From Pirellulales bacterium (GTDB lineage Bacteria > Planctomycetota > Planctomycetia > Pirellulales > PALSA-1355), in assembly GCA_041741015.1 (NCBI GenBank), contig JBGSKX010000316.1, forward strand, positions 9,457 to 73,456: 64,000 nt of DNA, read 5' to 3'. Below the pieces are notes generated by a model. It was not told the origin of the DNA. It did not search any database and saw only the letters and a program-made list of their open reading frames with translations. This document shows, piece after piece, positions 61,235 to 64,000 of this stretch. The position numbers and the translations under genes were made by a program. Every line of letters begins with the position of its first letter. The first letter of the stretch is position 1.

Positions 61235-61522
61235 TCAGTCCTTTCGTTCACGATAGGCTTCGTCCTGTCGCGCAGCGATTGCCTCATACGCCTCGCCGAG
61301 AAGTCGTGCCGCCGGGAGTAAATCCTGGGGGCCAAGAAACTCAGTCGTTTCCCATTCGCTTTCCTCATCGCGGCGAAATGTTCGCGTGAGTTTCACGCTG
61401 TAGTTTCGCCTGCCGTCATTCGAGTGCTCGAAAACGGCGACTTGCACGGGAAAGTAGGACTTGGCGAACACCGGCCGCTGCTTAGCAGAACCGTTGGTCG
61501 CGCTCTTCGTGGTCGCAGCCAT
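61235..61522 (-). CDS. Small putative ssDNA-binding (PC4/PUR-like) protein, paralog 3
   Basis: RPVF....PVQVAVF...YSVKLTRTF....WETTEF...DL; AAGGAG RBS. Confidence 0.75.
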   Translation of the reverse strand: MAATTKSATNGSAKQRPVFAKSYFPVQVAVFEHSNDGRRNYSVKLTRTFRRDEESEWETTEFLGPQDLLPAARLLGEAYEAIAARQDEAYRERKD

Positions 61523-61894
61523 CTTGTGGCTCCTTCAAATAAAAAACCACATCCAAAAACATCGCATAGAAACCCTGCTTGGATGCACCGCTGGGGTTTG
61601 GCCAATGCCAGAGGGGACATTTGCCAAACACGCGGTCAGAAGGAGCGCGACAGCCCAGAGTAGCGCAAACTGGTCGCCTAAGCAAAACATTCTGTGCTTC
61701 TTAAAAGACCTAGTCACATGAACTTAACCTCACGGAGCCCAAGGCCGCGGCCTGCTCCCCGATGCATGGTTGGCGGAGCGCCCGCCCCAAATCGCCGAGG
61801 TAGTGGTCGAAGGCGCGACGCTTTGGACGACCGGTTCTCGGGGCGCCAAAGTGCAGGCCAGAATCGAAGGCGCCTTGCAATGTCCACTTAGGGC

Positions 61895-61924
61895 AGTATC
61901 ATGTCTTCGATCTGACATGATACT
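61895..61924. repeat. Perfect 11-8-11 inverted repeat (operator or recombinase core-like site)
   Basis: AGTATCATGTC-TTCGATCT-GACATGATACT. Confidence 0.7.
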
Positions 61925-62111
61925 ATCTCGGCGCCGCTACTGAGCCACATTCCAACTCGCATCCGCACCGCTGGCTGCTTTTCGCCTGGCCGATTTCTTC
62001 ATGCGTGCAATGTTCCCCACCAATATCGTCGCGGCTCTGCGCCCATGATTCAAAGTGAAGTGACTGCACTTTGCGACCACTTTGATTGACATAGCTTCAA
62101 GGACATAACTC

Positions 62112-62921
62112 ATGACCTATCGACTTTTCCATTTAACCTTAATGGCCGGCATCGTCCTGGTGTGGCCCTCGTTGGTGTTTGCAGCTTTGATCACGGTCAC
62201 TCCTTCCCAAGACGCCGGCATCTTTCAGAACAACACGAGCAATAGTCTTGGTGGTGGGACGGCGCTCTACGTTGGAACGAATTCAAATACCTCGCCACGC
62301 AGATCCCTAGTCGAGTTCGACCTCTCAACCATTCCGGCTGGTTCAATAATAAACAGCGTTCAACTGACGCTGACCTATGGCTTCTTTGCCGGCACCTCCG
62401 GAGCGCCGTTGCTTAACATCGATCTCCATCGTCTCACGGCGGATTGGGGAGAGGGCACCGTGGGAACCGGAACGGGATTGTCTGGCACGGGCCAGGGCTT
62501 TGCCGCGAATGCCGGTGACGTGACGTGGTCCAGCCGATTTTTTGGGTCGCAACTATGGACCAACCCCGGCGGTGATTACGCCGGAACCGTCAGTGCGAGT
62601 CAACTCGTTGGCTCAGCGACAATGGATGTACCGTTCAAGTGGGGCTCGACCGCGCAATTAGTTGCCGATGTGCAAGGGTGGGTCGACACTCCCTCCAGCA
62701 ATCACGGATGGATCTTGCGGGGCCCGGAAGGCGCCGCCCAAACAGGGCGCATTTTCTACTCCAGGGAAGCGACGAATCCTGAGTTTGCGCCCAGTTTGAC
62801 GATTACCTACACGCCCGTTCCAGAGCCTTCAACAATCGCCTTGGTAACCGTGGCAGTTGTGCTTTTGGGTGCGTGCCGAGGGGGGCTCGGCAGGCAGACT
62901 CGTAGAATGCGACGGGGATAA
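62112..62921 (+). CDS. PEP-CTERM protein with DNRLRE/CBM96-like domain
   Basis: Signal peptide; RRSLVEFDLSTIP, DVQGWV..P..NHGW; VPEP plus TM. Confidence 0.85.
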   Translation: MTYRLFHLTLMAGIVLVWPSLVFAALITVTPSQDAGIFQNNTSNSLGGGTALYVGTNSNTSPRRSLVEFDLSTIPAGSIINSVQLTLTYGFFAGTSGAPLLNIDLHRLTADWGEGTVGTGTGLSGTGQGFAANAGDVTWSSRFFGSQLWTNPGGDYAGTVSASQLVGSATMDVPFKWGSTAQLVADVQGWVDTPSSNHGWILRGPEGAAQTGRIFYSREATNPEFAPSLTITYTPVPEPSTIALVTVAVVLLGACRGGLGRQTRRMRRG

Positions 62922-62930
62922 GTCGAGCTT

Positions 62931-63818
62931 ATGAAACTATGGCTTCGAATAAACAAATGGCCCGCTGGTATTCTGGGGCCCTGCTGCCTGTGGCTGCTCT
63001 ATTCGCTGGCGTTCGGAGCTGAACCAACCGAGCCCCTGACCACTGCAAAGCAATTAGCCGCGCATCTCGGGCAGCATGCCGTGGTCGAGTTTGCCGTGGT
63101 CGAGGTCAAACACCCCGAGCGACGTAAGGCAGTCTTCCTCACATCGTCTGCCAATTTCCGTAGTGACGATGCGCTCGCCGTGATGATTCGCGACGCCGAC
63201 CTGCGGCACTTCGAGGTCAAAGATGAAGGCGAGCTTGTGCGGCGCTACTCTGGTCGCCGTATCCGCGTGGCGGGCACAATTGCTCGCGACGAGGGGCAAC
63301 TGGTCGTGCTCATCTCTTCCCCTGAGAAGATACAAGTTATCCCCGACGAAAATGCTCCGGCGACGAAGTTCGGCGAGCTGACACTGACGGACGAGGATGG
63401 TCAGCAGCATCGGTTGAGCGGCGAAGAACTTTCCAAGTTGCCACAAGCGCAGTGTCAAATCGAGCATGAAGGCAAACGCGAGACGTATTCTGGCGTCCCT
63501 TTGGCGGCGTTGCTCGCGCAAGGCAAAATTGTGCTGGGCGAAGAATCTCGCGGAAGGCAACTGAGCAGGTACCTCTTGGTGCGTGCCTCCGATGGCTATC
63601 AAGCACTATTCTCGATCGCGGAAGTTGATCCCTATCTGCGTGCTGACACGATTTTGCTCGCGAACAGGCGTGACGGGCAGCCGCTGCACAAGACCGAAGG
63701 GCCGTGGCGCCTGATCGTCAAAGGTGACTTGCACCACCGCCGCTGGGTCCGCTCGGTCGTGGCGATCGTCGTTCGGCATGCCGAGGACGCCGCCGCTGCT
63801 TCCCAGGAAGCAAAGTGA
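62931..63818 (+). CDS. Exported protein: OB-fold-like domain plus molybdopterin-oxidoreductase-like domain
   Basis: Signal peptide; YSGVPL, ASDGY, DGQPL...[12 protein letters not shown]. Confidence 0.7.
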   Translation: MKLWLRINKWPAGILGPCCLWLLYSLAFGAEPTEPLTTAKQLAAHLGQHAVVEFAVVEVKHPERRKAVFLTSSANFRSDDALAVMIRDADLRHFEVKDEGELVRRYSGRRIRVAGTIARDEGQLVVLISSPEKIQVIPDENAPATKFGELTLTDEDGQQHRLSGEELSKLPQAQCQIEHEGKRETYSGVPLAALLAQGKIVLGEESRGRQLSRYLLVRASDGYQALFSIAEVDPYLRADTILLANRRDGQPLHKTEGPWRLIVKGDLHHRRWVRSVVAIVVRHAEDAAAASQEAK

Positions 63819-63835
63819 CATGTTTGGGGTACGCC

Positions 63836-64000
63836 ATGGGTAATGCCGAACACGAGCGAGGCTTTACGCTGGTTGAGTTGCTCGTCGTGATGGCGATCAT
63901 TGGCATCTTAGTAGCTCTGTTATTGCCTGCGATCCAAGCCGCGCGCGAGGCCGGGAGACGAGCGCAGTGTTCAAACAATCTGCGACAGATTGGCCTCGGA
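63836..64000 (+). CDS. DUF1559 prepilin-type protein (partial)
   Basis: [46 protein letters not shown]. Confidence 0.93.
   Translation, partial: MGNAEHERGFTLVELLVVMAIIGILVALLLPAIQAAREAGRRAQCSNNLRQIGLG

Larger units (their letters stand above)
18703..61924. mobile_element. Integrated mobilizable, plasmid-like element at tRNA-Pro (right boundary uncertain)
   Basis: Integrase abuts the tRNA 3' end, followed by xis, T4CP, MOBF relaxase, parA, rep with iterons, RM, Xer-like recombinase and prim-pol; visibly lower GC than the flank; no attR copy seen. Confidence 0.85.

Noticed and set aside
61838-61845. attR copy of the tRNA-Pro 3' end (TCGGGGCG)
   Set aside because: Only 8 bp and in inverted orientation, so expected by chance; no direct repeat of the tRNA end was found by eye.
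18703-61924. Prophage
   Set aside because: No capsid, terminase, tail or lysis genes; mobility genes are of the plasmid/IME type.

Overview
This is a Planctomycetes-like chromosomal window, inferred from the planctomycete extracellular motif (LRSEPLEDRLLLA), PEP-CTERM proteins and a DUF1559 prepilin-like gene. Bases 1-18.7 kb look like host core: csp, a giant malectin/sugar-dehydrogenase surface protein, an FGE/PEP-CTERM protein, nfo, usp-mntH, a GNAT, an M16 peptidase pair, ndk, pyrF and tRNA-Pro(GGG). From the tRNA to at least ~61.9 kb lies an integrated, plasmid-like mobilizable element; its right att site was not found. It carries integrase/excisionase, a MOBF relaxase and coupling protein, a tubulin-like/vWA operon, ParA and partner, an iteron replicon, a large methyltransferase, a type III RM/SNF2/KAP defence block, a Xer-like recombinase with a dif-like site and a prim-pol operon. 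The most striking signal is a ~1.2 kb non-coding stretch just after rep (36782-37994). Folded by eye, it reads as a circularly permuted group II intron-like ribozyme with domain order DV-DVI-exon-DI-DII-DIII and ends base-paired within DIV. It has no RT gene and is predicted to back-splice a ~150-nt circular RNA. All calls come from reading the sequence; no searches or folding programs were run.
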